Origin: Kofleriaceae bacterium
GTDB lineage: Bacteria > Myxococcota_A > Polyangia > Haliangiales > Haliangiaceae
Length of the DNA: 64,000 nt
NCBI GenBank assembly: GCA_041389925.1
Contig: JAWKQX010000006.1
Span: forward strand, 407,837 to 471,836
Direction: 5' to 3'
Below, piece after piece: positions 22,572-31,580 of the stretch. A program made the translations under genes and the position numbers. Below the pieces are notes generated by a model that was given only the letters and a program-made list of their open reading frames with translations, did no database searches and was not told where the DNA came from. Each line of letters opens with the position of its first letter. Position 1 is the stretch's first letter.

Positions 22572-24821
22572 ATGAAGATTCGCTCTCGCTCCGCGGTCGC
22601 GCTCGCTGCCGCCGCGCTGGCTCCGCTCTCGCTGGTTGCGTGTTTCCCCGACGCCACCGAGAAGAACGAAGAACCCGACTCCAAGCTAGTGAAGGTCGCG
22701 AAGCCGGTCGAGGGCGAGTACATCGTCGTCTTCAAGGCTCCGGCCGGTTCGCGCGCGATGGCGCCGGTGGAGGTGCTCGCCGCCTCGGAGCAGCTCCTCG
22801 CGCCGCTCGGCCGCAAGCCGGAGCACCAGTTCACCGCGGCCCTCCAGGGCTTCTCGGTGGCCAACCTGACCGAGCAGGAGGCCAAGGAGCTGGCGGCGGA
22901 TGAGCGCGTCGAGTACGTGCAGGAGAACGGCGTGGTGTCGATCGACGCCACCCAGACCAACCCGCCGAGCTGGGGCCTCGATCGCATCGATCAGCTCGCC
23001 CTGCCGCTCAACAACGCGTACACCTACAATGCGGACGGCACCGGCGTCACCGCGTTCATCATCGACACCGGCATCCGCGCGACGCACACCAACTTCGGTG
23101 GCCGCGTCGGCACCGGCTTCACGTCGATCAACGACGGCCAGGGCACCAACGACTGCCAGGGCCACGGCACGCACGTCTCGGGCACCGTCGGCAGCGCCAC
23201 CTATGGCGTCGCCAAGAACGTCACGCTCATCCCGGTGCGCGTGCTCAACTGCCAGGGCAGCGGCACCGACGCGGGCGTGATCGCCGGCGTCGACTGGGTC
23301 GCCGCCAACCACAGCGGCCCGTCGGTGGCCAACATGAGCCTCGGCGGCGGCGCGTCGCCCTCGCTCGACGCCTCGATCCGCAACCTCGTCAACGCGGGCG
23401 TGACCACGGTCGTCGCCGCCGGCAACGAGACGCAGAACGCCTGCAACGTCTCGCCGGCGCGCGAGCCGCTCGCCATCACGGTTGGCTCGTCGACCCAGAC
23501 CGACGCGCGCTCGAGCTTCTCGAACTTCGGCACCTGCGTCGACATCTTCGGCCCGGGCTCCAGCATCCTGTCCACCTCCAACGGCAGCAACACCGCGACG
23601 GCGACCCTGTCCGGTACGTCGATGGCGAGCCCGCACGTCGCGGGCGGCGCGGCGCTCTACCTGTCGGCCAACCCGACGGCGACGCCGGCGCAGGTGGTGG
23701 CCGCGCTGACCGCGAACGCGTCCTCGGGCCGCCTCTCCGGCGTCAACGGCTCGCCGAACCTGCTGCTCAACATCAGCTTCATCGGCGGCGGCGGCGGCAA
23801 CGTGCCGCCGACCGTGTCGATCACCGCGCCGGCCGCCGGCGCGACGGTCAGCGGCACGGTGACCGTGTCGGCCACCGCCGCGGACTCGGACGGCACCGTC
23901 GCGAGCGTGCGCTTCAACCTGCCGGACGGCAGCACGGTCGTCGACAGCACCGCCCCGTACTCCACCACGTGGAACTCCACCACCGTGGCCAATGGCGCGG
24001 CGACCATCAGCGTGACCGCGACCGACAACGCCGGCGCCACCGCGACGGCCACCCGCAGCGTCACCGTCTCCAACGGCGGCGGCGGCGACTGCATCAACGG
24101 CACGTTCAACGCGACCGACGTGCCCCAGGCGATCCCGGACAACAACGCGACCGGCATCACGTCGTCGCTGGCGGTCACCGGCAACGGCAACGTCGGCAGC
24201 CTCGCGCTCTCGCTCAACATCACCCACACCTGGCGCGGCGACCTGGTCGTGACCCTGACCTCGCCCACCGGCACGGTGTTCACCGTGAGCAACCGCGCGG
24301 GTGGCTCGGCGGACAACCTGATCCTCACCGACTCGGTGATCACCACGTTCGCCGGTCAGCCCGCCGCGGGCACCTGGCTCCTCAAGGTCCAGGACCGCGC
24401 CGGTGCCGACGTCGGCAACCTCAACTCGTGGTCGCTGCGCATCGTCGGTGACTGCGGCGGCGGCGGCGGCGGCGCCTGGTCGGGCTCGGCGAACCCGAAC
24501 CTGCCCACCGTCGACAATGGCCAGGTTTGCAGCACGCTCAACGTGACCGCGACCGGCGGCATGGCGTCCGACGCCAAGCTCAACATCTCGGGCACGCACG
24601 ACTACCGCTCGATCCTGCGCGCGACGCTGGAGCACAACGGCACCACGGTGACGGCGTTCCCGACGCGCACCTTCCCCAACGGGGCGGGCACGTTCGCCTT
24701 CACCGACCGCGTGATCGCGGGCCTCAGCGGCGACGCGGCCGGCGCGTGGACGCTGTGCCTCGTCGACACCGACGGCTTCGGCGACACCGGCGTCTTGTCG
24801 AGCTGGTCGGTGCACAACTAG
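22572..24821 (+). CDS. Secreted subtilisin-like serine protease (peptidase S8) with Ig-like and two proprotein-convertase P-domains
   Basis: Signal peptide with lipobox-like LVAC. Inhibitor_I9-like propeptide. Catalytic triad D (FIIDTGI), H (HGTHVSGT), S (GTSMASPHVAG). Two P-domain-like segments (HTWRGDLVVTLTSPTG ; GTHDYRSILRATLEH). GGAAGG RBS. Confidence 0.85.
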   Translation: MKIRSRSAVALAAAALAPLSLVACFPDATEKNEEPDSKLVKVAKPVEGEYIVVFKAPAGSRAMAPVEVLAASEQLLAPLGRKPEHQFTAALQGFSVANLTEQEAKELAADERVEYVQENGVVSIDATQTNPPSWGLDRIDQLALPLNNAYTYNADGTGVTAFIIDTGIRATHTNFGGRVGTGFTSINDGQGTNDCQGHGTHVSGTVGSATYGVAKNVTLIPVRVLNCQGSGTDAGVIAGVDWVAANHSGPSVANMSLGGGASPSLDASIRNLVNAGVTTVVAAGNETQNACNVSPAREPLAITVGSSTQTDARSSFSNFGTCVDIFGPGSSILSTSNGSNTATATLSGTSMASPHVAGGAALYLSANPTATPAQVVAALTANASSGRLSGVNGSPNLLLNISFIGGGGGNVPPTVSITAPAAGATVSGTVTVSATAADSDGTVASVRFNLPDGSTVVDSTAPYSTTWNSTTVANGAATISVTATDNAGATATATRSVTVSNGGGGDCINGTFNATDVPQAIPDNNATGITSSLAVTGNGNVGSLALSLNITHTWRGDLVVTLTSPTGTVFTVSNRAGGSADNLILTDSVITTFAGQPAAGTWLLKVQDRAGADVGNLNSWSLRIVGDCGGGGGGAWSGSANPNLPTVDNGQVCSTLNVTATGGMASDAKLNISGTHDYRSILRATLEHNGTTVTAFPTRTFPNGAGTFAFTDRVIAGLSGDAAGAWTLCLVDTDGFGDTGVLSSWSVHN

Positions 24822-24867
24822 TCAGCTCCGCGCTACCGGCGGGGCGACCCGCCGCGAGACGTAGCTA

Positions 24868-24910
24868 GCGGCCGCGGCCACCGAGAGGTGCCGCGGCCGT
24901 CTTCGTTTTC
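24868..24910 (+). terminator. Putative rho-independent terminator after the S8 protease gene
   Basis: 10-bp GC stem (CGGCCGCGGC ... GCCGCGGCCG) with about 11-nt loop, followed by TCTTCGTTTTC. Lies 47 bp after the stop at 24821. Confidence 0.4.
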
Positions 24911-25116
24911 GGGCCGCCGTCGCGCCGTCGAGGTCGGTCGTGGCTCCGACGTCGGAGGTCACGGCTGACGGGATTCATCTCCAGATGGAGTGAGTGTATC
25001 TCGATTGGCGCCGATTGTTGGGAGAGTGCCGAGGTCGCATCCTGAACGCGAAAACGCACAGGAGACGAACCGTGAACCTCGACCTCGAAGCCCCAAGAAC
25101 CGCAACCACGAAGAAG

Positions 25117-26106
25117 ATGAGGCTGTTCTCCCTCGGGCTCGCGCTGCTCGGCGCGTGCACGAGCGCGGACAAGCCGACCGACGCGTGCGACCCGCGCGAC
25201 GCCGAGGGGCGCGCCGTCTCGAGCGCGGACCCGTTCGCGCGCCACAAGGTGTCGGTCGGCGATGACCCGCAGGAGTTCATCTCCTACATCGACGAAGGCG
25301 CCGGCGACCCCGTGATCTTCCTCCACGGCGCGCCGACGTCGAGCTACCTCTGGCGCAACATCATCCCGGACGTCGCCCGCACGCACCGCGCGATCGCGAT
25401 CGATCTGGTCGGCTACGGCGACTCCGGGACGCCCGCCGCGTCGGAGTTTCGGTACGTCGATCACGTGCGCTGGGTGACGCGCTTCGTCGAGGCGCTGGGG
25501 CTGCAGAACGTGACCTTCGTCGTCCACGACATCGGCTCGATCCCGGGGTTCGCGTACGCCGCGAGCCACCCGGACAACGTCCACGCGCTGGTGCACCTGG
25601 AGTCCCTGTACTTCCCGATCCCCGATGAGAACCTCCTTCCCCCGGAGGCGCGCTTCATCCGCTCGGCGGACGGTCAGCGCGCGATCGCCGAGGACAACTG
25701 GTTCATCGAGACGATGATGCCGGGGTTCATCGAGCGCACCTGGTGCGCCGAGGAGCGCGCGCACTACGATCGCCCGTGGCGCGACCCGGCGCGGCGGCGC
25801 GTGCTGCAGCGGGTCCCGCTGGACCTGCCCATCGGCGGCACGCCGGCGGATAGCCAGCAGATCTTCGAGCGCTTCGGCGCCTACCTGATGACGTCGGACG
25901 TGCCGAAGCTGCTGATCTACGCCGAGCCCGGCGTGCTGGTGCAGGACACCGCGCCGCCCGGGTTCCCCGCTTCCATCCGCCAGATCGTCTCCGGCTTCCC
26001 GAACACGACGACGGTCAGCGTCGGTCACGCGCTCCACTTCCTGCAGGAAGATCACCCCAGGGCGGTCGCCGCGGCGATCGTGGCGTTCCTGGCAAGCCAC
26101 CCATAA
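25117..26106 (+). CDS. Haloalkane dehalogenase-like alpha/beta hydrolase, lipoprotein
   Basis: Signal plus lipobox MRLFSLGLALLGAC. PVIFLHGAPTSSYLWRNIIP ... DLVGYGDS ... FVVHDIGSIPGF (nucleophile elbow with Asp) ... VGHALHFLQED resembles DhaA/DhlA-type dehalogenases. ATG at 25117 chosen within ORF 24994..26106. Confidence 0.75.
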   Translation: MRLFSLGLALLGACTSADKPTDACDPRDAEGRAVSSADPFARHKVSVGDDPQEFISYIDEGAGDPVIFLHGAPTSSYLWRNIIPDVARTHRAIAIDLVGYGDSGTPAASEFRYVDHVRWVTRFVEALGLQNVTFVVHDIGSIPGFAYAASHPDNVHALVHLESLYFPIPDENLLPPEARFIRSADGQRAIAEDNWFIETMMPGFIERTWCAEERAHYDRPWRDPARRRVLQRVPLDLPIGGTPADSQQIFERFGAYLMTSDVPKLLIYAEPGVLVQDTAPPGFPASIRQIVSGFPNTTTVSVGHALHFLQEDHPRAVAAAIVAFLASHP

Positions 26107-26210
26107 GCGGGCGCGCCGCCGTCGCGGCGCGACGCACCCAACGAACCGCGCCTCGACGCCGCTGCGGCCGAGCGGCGCCGTGAACCGGTCAAACACGAAA
26201 GAGGACTGTC

Positions 26211-26954
26211 ATGAAGTACGAAGGCAAGGTTGTCTTGATCACGGGCGGTAGCACGGGGATCGGTCGCGCCATCGCGGCGCGCTTCGCCGACGAGGGCGCC
26301 CAGGTCACGATCACGGCGCGCAACGAAGCCGATCTGCGAGAGGCCGCGCGCGGGCGCGAGCGCATCCGCTACCTCGTCGCGGACGTCTCCAGGTCGAGCG
26401 AGGTCGCGCGTGTCGTCGAGGAGCTCGGCGGCCGCTACGGCCGGCTGGACGTGCTGTGCAACAACGCGGGGATCGCGCGGATGGTCCCCATCGAGCGGTC
26501 CTCGGTGGAGCTCCTCGACGAGACCTTCGCGGTCAACGTGCGCGGCGCGTTCGAGCTGACCCAGCGTGCCCTCCCGCTGCTGGAGGCGGCGAAGGGCAGC
26601 GTGATCAACCTCGGGACGTCCATCACCAACGCCGCGGTGCCGATGCTCGCGGCGTACGCGGCGAGCAAGGCGGCGCTCGCGTCGCTCACCCGCTCCTGGG
26701 CGAAGGCGCTGGCGCCGCGGGGCATCCGGGTCAACCTCGTGCACCCGGGGCCGACGGAGACCCCGATCTTCGGCAAGTTCGGGTTGCCGCCGGAGCAGCT
26801 CCAGGCGATGGCCGGCGCCTTCGTGCAGGAGGTGCCGCTTGGCCGCTTCGGCCAGCCCGCGGACGTCGCCGCCGTCGTGGCCTTCCTCGCGTCCGCGGAG
26901 GCGAGCTTCGTGACGGGCGCGGAGTACGCCGTGGGCGGCGGCCACGGCCTCTGA
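26211..26954 (+). CDS. SDR family short-chain dehydrogenase/reductase
   Basis: TGGSTGIGRAIA Rossmann motif, NNAG, catalytic YAASKAAL. Confidence 0.85.
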   Translation: MKYEGKVVLITGGSTGIGRAIAARFADEGAQVTITARNEADLREAARGRERIRYLVADVSRSSEVARVVEELGGRYGRLDVLCNNAGIARMVPIERSSVELLDETFAVNVRGAFELTQRALPLLEAAKGSVINLGTSITNAAVPMLAAYAASKAALASLTRSWAKALAPRGIRVNLVHPGPTETPIFGKFGLPPEQLQAMAGAFVQEVPLGRFGQPADVAAVVAFLASAEASFVTGAEYAVGGGHGL

Positions 26955-27027
26955 CGAGCGCCAGGGACGTCGCGGCCGCCCGCCGCCTCGCTCGCGGGCG
27001 GCGCGGCCCGCTGGTACGTTCTGGCGC

Positions 27028-27927
27028 ATGAACGTCCCGACGATTCGCCTGGGTGATCTCGAGGTGCGACGGCTCGGCTTCGGCGCGATGCGCCTGCCCG
27101 GCAAGGACGTGTGGGGGCCGCCGGAGGATCCGGCCGCCGCGCGCGCGGTGCTCCGGCGCGCCGTCGAGCTGGGCATCAACTTCATCGACTCGTCCTGGTA
27201 CTACGGGCCGCATGTCGCCAACACGTTGATCGCCGAGACGCTCTATCCGTACCCCAAGGACCTGGTGATCGCGTCCAAGCTGGGCGGCCGCCGCACGCCG
27301 GATCGCGGCTGGGCGCCGTTCGCGCGCCCCGAGGAGCTGCGCCAGGGCTGCGAGCACGATCTGCGCGAGCTGCGGCGCGACGTGCTCGACGTCGTCCACT
27401 TCCGCTACATCGGCGCGCCGGGGACGGCGCCATTCCTCGAGTCCCTCGAGGCGATGATCGAGCTGAAGCGCGAGGGCAAGATCCGTCACCTCGCGCTGTC
27501 GAACGTCAACGTCGCACAGCTCGAGCAGGCGCTGCAGAAGACGCCGATCGTCGCGGTGCAGAACCTCTACAACCTCGGCGGCGGGGCGAGCCAGCTCGCC
27601 CGCGCCACCCACGCGGTGGTGGACGACCCGGAGGCCGTCCTGGCGGCGTGCGAGGCGCGCGGGCTCGCCTACCTGCCGTTCTTTCCGCTCGGCGCGGGCG
27701 CGCTGGCGGCGCCGACCGCGGCGGTCACCGCGGCGGCCGCGCGGCGCCAGGCGTCGCCCGCGCAGATCGCGATCGCGTGGCTGCTCGCGCGCTCGCCGGC
27801 GATCCTGCCGATCCCGGGCACCAGCAAGGTTGCCCACCTGGAGGAGAACTGGCGCGCGCGCGAGCTCGAGCTGTCCGCCGACGAGGTCGAGGCGATCGCC
27901 CGCGAGGCCCGCGCGCAGGCTGGGTGA
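27028..27927 (+). CDS. Aldo/keto reductase
   Basis: LGFGAMRL ... GINFIDSSWYYG ... VIASKLG ... IRHLALSNV ... LAWLLARSPAILPIPGTSKVAHLEEN are typical AKR motifs. Confidence 0.85.
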   Translation: MNVPTIRLGDLEVRRLGFGAMRLPGKDVWGPPEDPAAARAVLRRAVELGINFIDSSWYYGPHVANTLIAETLYPYPKDLVIASKLGGRRTPDRGWAPFARPEELRQGCEHDLRELRRDVLDVVHFRYIGAPGTAPFLESLEAMIELKREGKIRHLALSNVNVAQLEQALQKTPIVAVQNLYNLGGGASQLARATHAVVDDPEAVLAACEARGLAYLPFFPLGAGALAAPTAAVTAAAARRQASPAQIAIAWLLARSPAILPIPGTSKVAHLEENWRARELELSADEVEAIAREARAQAG

Positions 27928-28122
27928 TCTCGGCGCGCGGCCGAGGCGACGCGGCTCGTCGCCGTGGGGGCGCCGCGCGTCCGCCTTCGCGGGCCCGCGC
28001 GCCTCGAACCCGAAAAGCGAGACGCCGGCCCCGAAGAGGCCGGCGGTCGGTGAAGGCAGCGGTCCGTGGGACCTCACGCCCTCGGGCGCCTCGCTACGTC
28101 GCGAGGCGCCGGGCTCCGTGGC

Positions 28123-31100
28123 TCAGTGGCTGTCGTCGTCGCGATCGTGGCCGGCGCGCAGCGGGATCAGCTTGGCTTCCTTGCTGCCGCTGCGGTTGTC
28201 CGGCGTGACGATCATGTGGCCGAGGGCCGGCGTGAGGGCCTGCTCCTCGGTGTTGAGCGCGACGGGGACGAACGCGACCTCGCCCGGGGCCACGGCGATG
28301 AAGTCGCCCTGGGACACCGCGCTGGAGTACGCGTTGAAGCCGGCGAAGCCGTCGGTCTCGTCGGTGTCGGCGCTGTTGAGGTCGAACGTCGCGACCGAGT
28401 AGTCGAACCGCGGGTTCTCCGGGGTCAGGCCGAGCTGCGACGAGTCGACCGGCAGGAGCATCGTGCTGCCGTTGGTCGGCGCGTAGGCCAGGTAGAACAC
28501 GCTGATGCCACCGGTGGACAGGTCCAGCACGGCGCTGGCGATCTGGCCGCTGAAGCCGGCGCCCTGGAGCAGGCCGAGATCGACGCCGATCACGATGTAG
28601 TCCGGCACGCCGTCGCGGTTGGTGTCGACGGGGATGTCGAACTCCATCAGCGCCGGGGTCGACCAGGAGCGGTGCGTGTTGACGGCGAACACGAGGAGCT
28701 GCGAGCCGCCGTTGTCGAACGCCTGCACGCCCGCGGCGCGGATGTCGACGTAACCCTGGTTATCGTTGAGGTCGCTGTGGCCCCAGGCGTAGAAGTCCGC
28801 GGTGCCGGTCAGCTCGCTGTCCTCGTTGCTGACGCGCGCGAACGCCTGCGTCCAGCGCGAGCCGAGGCGCGGCGCCACGTTCGCGTTGACGTTGGCCTGC
28901 GGGCGGAGCACGGCGTAGTACGGCACCGTCAAGGCGGCGTCGCCGTTCTGACCCGCAGCCGGGGTGAGCACCACGACGCCCGCGGCCTCGCGGAACGCGT
29001 TGGAGTCGCCCGAGGTGGCGGTGTCGATGGAGATCGTCACGTTGACCGAGAACGTGTTGTTCGCGGGGACGGTGATCGAGCTCGGGCTCAGGGTGACCTG
29101 GTGCGGCGAGCCCTGCGGGCGCGCGGCGGCGAGGTTGAAGGTGATCGCGGAGTTGCCGCGGTTGCGCACGCGGATGGTCTTGGTGCGCAGGTAGTCCGCC
29201 TTCTGCTCCAGCACGCCGAGGCTGAGGTGGATCTCCTCGGAGTCGGCCCAGGCGAACGCCTGCGTGCGGACGGCCGCGAGGGCGTTGACCACGCCGGCGC
29301 CGGCGCGGCGCGTCGGGTAGTTCACGACGCCCGCCGGGTCCGAGGTGTTGACGATGGCGTTCTTGATCTGACCGGCGCTCCACCGCGGGTGCGCCTGGCG
29401 CACGAGGGCCGCGAGGCCGGCGGTGTGCGGGGCCGCCATCGACGTGCCGGAGAACACCACGCCGCCGCTGCCCGAGCCGACCGCGGCCGACTGGATGGAG
29501 ACGCCCGGCGCGGTCACGTCAGGCTTGAGGTGACCGTCGACGAGACGGGGCCCAAGCGACGAGAAGCTCGCCAGCGTGTTGAAGCCGGGGTTGTTGATGA
29601 CCGACGACGCGATCGCGAGCTGCTGGCCATCGAGGGTCTTGAGCAGCGCCTCGTTGCCGAGGTTGGTGCCGAAGAACGGGATGGTGACGGTGTAGAACTC
29701 GCCGTCGTCGGGGTTCTGGGTGATCGGGCCCTCGAACGGCGGCAGCGCGTTGGCGGTGTTGACCATCAGCACGGCGGCGGCGCCGGCCTTCTGGCCGTGA
29801 ATCGCGCGGGCAACGCGCGCGCAGGAGCCGCGCTTGGTCACCACCAGCTTGCCGGCGACGTCGGCCGGGTAGTCCGCCGGGGAGCAGCCGAGCTTGAGGT
29901 TGCCGGCGGCGTCGAGCAGCAGCTTGACCTCGAGCGACGCGTGGTTGACCGCGGCGCCGTTGGCGTTCAGCGCGGTCATCGGCGCGGCGCCGGTCGCCGT
30001 CAGCGACACGGCGGGGAACGACGGGGTCGGGTCCTGCGCGGCGACCGAGATCGCGCGCGAGGCGGACGCCGGCGAGCCGGTGATGTACGAGACGGCGCCG
30101 CTGTTGCCCGCGGAGGCGACGACGACGATGCCGGCGCGGACGGCGTTGTCCGTGGCGACCGCCGACGGATCATCGGACTCGCCGAACGACGAGCCGAGCG
30201 ACATGTTCACGACGTCCATGTCATGGGCGACGGCCCAGTCGAGCGCGTCGACGACGAGGTTCGTCGAGCCGCTGCAGCCGAAGACGCGCAACGCATAGAG
30301 CTCGGCCTTCGGGGCGACGCCCGGACCGACGATGAAGGAGTTGCCGGCGTAGGTGTCCGCGTCGTACGGGCCCGCGAACCGGCTGCCGTCGGCGAGGACG
30401 CCGAAGCCGCCGACGGTGCCGGCGACGTGGGTGCCATGACCACCGCAGTCGAGCGGGTTTCCGTCGGGCTGCGGGGAGCTGTTCGGGTTGTTGGCGTCGT
30501 AGTCGTCGCCGGCGAAGTCGTAGCCGCCCTTGACCTTGGCCGCGCCCGGGCCGAACAGCGCGGGATCCGCGGGGTCGGCGCTCGCCGCGAACGCGGCGTT
30601 GAAGGCCTCCGGGGTGCCCGGACCGCCGAAGTCGGCGTGGGTGTAGTCGATGCCGGAGTCGATGATGGCGACCTTGATGCCCTCGCCGTGGAAGCCGTCG
30701 ACGCCGGCGAACGGCGCCCAGGCGCCCGGCGCGCCGATGCGCTTGGCGCCGTTGACGTTGTTGGGCAAGAAGACCTGCGGGCGGTGGATGCGCACCACGC
30801 CGGGCAGGTTGCGGAGCGCGGCGATCTGCGAGGAGGAGATCTCGACGCGCAGGCCGTTGTAGGCGTCGCGGTAGCGCGCGTTGACGGTGCCGCCGAGCGA
30901 GCGGACGCTGCTCTCGACGATCGCCTGCTCCGACGCGATGCGGCTCCGCGTCAGCGCCTTGTCCGAGGCGCTCAGCGCGGTGCCGGCGTCCGCCTGGACG
31001 CGCGCGACCGGCGCGCTCGCGAGCTCGACGATGAACGTCTCGATCCGAGCGCCCTGAGAGCGTGGGGTGAACGACGAGTTGCCCGACGTGAAGTTGGCCT

Positions 31101-31227
31101 TCTCGAACCGAGCCATCGAGCCCGCGCGATCGGTCTTGGGCTGGTTCACCGTTTGCGATCCGTCTTGGTCCTGACAGCCGACGGCGAGTAGCAACGGAAC
31201 TGCAAGTAACGCCCTCTGGTGCTTCAT
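28123..31227 (-). CDS. Large secreted subtilisin-like serine protease (peptidase S8) lipoprotein with PA-like insert and C-terminal beta-rich domains
   Basis: MKHQRALLAVPLLLAVGC signal/lipobox. Propeptide. Catalytic D (VAIIDSGID), H (GHGTHVAGTVGG), S (GTSMAAPHTAGLAAL). PA-domain-like insert. About 400-aa C-terminal extension. ATG at 31227 preceded by GGAGGA RBS; upstream ATG at 31242 also possible. Confidence 0.85.
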   Translation of the reverse strand: MKHQRALLAVPLLLAVGCQDQDGSQTVNQPKTDRAGSMARFEKANFTSGNSSFTPRSQGARIETFIVELASAPVARVQADAGTALSASDKALTRSRIASEQAIVESSVRSLGGTVNARYRDAYNGLRVEISSSQIAALRNLPGVVRIHRPQVFLPNNVNGAKRIGAPGAWAPFAGVDGFHGEGIKVAIIDSGIDYTHADFGGPGTPEAFNAAFAASADPADPALFGPGAAKVKGGYDFAGDDYDANNPNSSPQPDGNPLDCGGHGTHVAGTVGGFGVLADGSRFAGPYDADTYAGNSFIVGPGVAPKAELYALRVFGCSGSTNLVVDALDWAVAHDMDVVNMSLGSSFGESDDPSAVATDNAVRAGIVVVASAGNSGAVSYITGSPASASRAISVAAQDPTPSFPAVSLTATGAAPMTALNANGAAVNHASLEVKLLLDAAGNLKLGCSPADYPADVAGKLVVTKRGSCARVARAIHGQKAGAAAVLMVNTANALPPFEGPITQNPDDGEFYTVTIPFFGTNLGNEALLKTLDGQQLAIASSVINNPGFNTLASFSSLGPRLVDGHLKPDVTAPGVSIQSAAVGSGSGGVVFSGTSMAAPHTAGLAALVRQAHPRWSAGQIKNAIVNTSDPAGVVNYPTRRAGAGVVNALAAVRTQAFAWADSEEIHLSLGVLEQKADYLRTKTIRVRNRGNSAITFNLAAARPQGSPHQVTLSPSSITVPANNTFSVNVTISIDTATSGDSNAFREAAGVVVLTPAAGQNGDAALTVPYYAVLRPQANVNANVAPRLGSRWTQAFARVSNEDSELTGTADFYAWGHSDLNDNQGYVDIRAAGVQAFDNGGSQLLVFAVNTHRSWSTPALMEFDIPVDTNRDGVPDYIVIGVDLGLLQGAGFSGQIASAVLDLSTGGISVFYLAYAPTNGSTMLLPVDSSQLGLTPENPRFDYSVATFDLNSADTDETDGFAGFNAYSSAVSQGDFIAVAPGEVAFVPVALNTEEQALTPALGHMIVTPDNRSGSKEAKLIPLRAGHDRDDDSH

Positions 31228-31242
31228 CTTCTGATCCTCCAA

Positions 31243-31470
31243 ATTTCGTTAGATTGGCTCACAAAATCTGGAGTGAGTTCAACGGAAATGTGTCCACTGT
31301 AGGCGCAATTGTGCTGGTGTAAATGGATGTAGGCTTACTATATCGGGGCAAAAATACGCTAGAACTACAAAGATCACGGTCCTGACGGCCTCCCAGGGGC
31401 CGATTCGATCGCCCTTGACATTTTGGCACTGTTGTCGGTTGACGAGGGACGCAGTGGTCGAACGTAGGGC
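31243..31470 (-). promoter_or_regulatory. AT-rich intergenic island, probable promoter region of the large S8 protease gene
   Basis: About 230 bp at about 45% GC in a 70% GC context, immediately upstream of the minus-strand S8 gene. Contains TTGAAC and TTGACA-like hexamers. No confident -35/-10 pair assigned. Confidence 0.35.
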
Positions 31471-31580
31471 TGAACCAGGCTCATGACGCGCCTTGACGCC
31501 TTGGCGCTTGGCGCAGTGCGTCTTCTATAAGAGGAGGCTCGCGGTCGGCTCGGGCGAGCGAGCGCTCCGGCGAGACCCTG

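Noticed and set aside
28066-31191. 1041-aa plus-strand ORF opposite the large S8 protease
   Set aside because: Low-complexity Gly/Arg/Val/Asp translation. The minus strand encodes a bona fide S8 catalytic triad.
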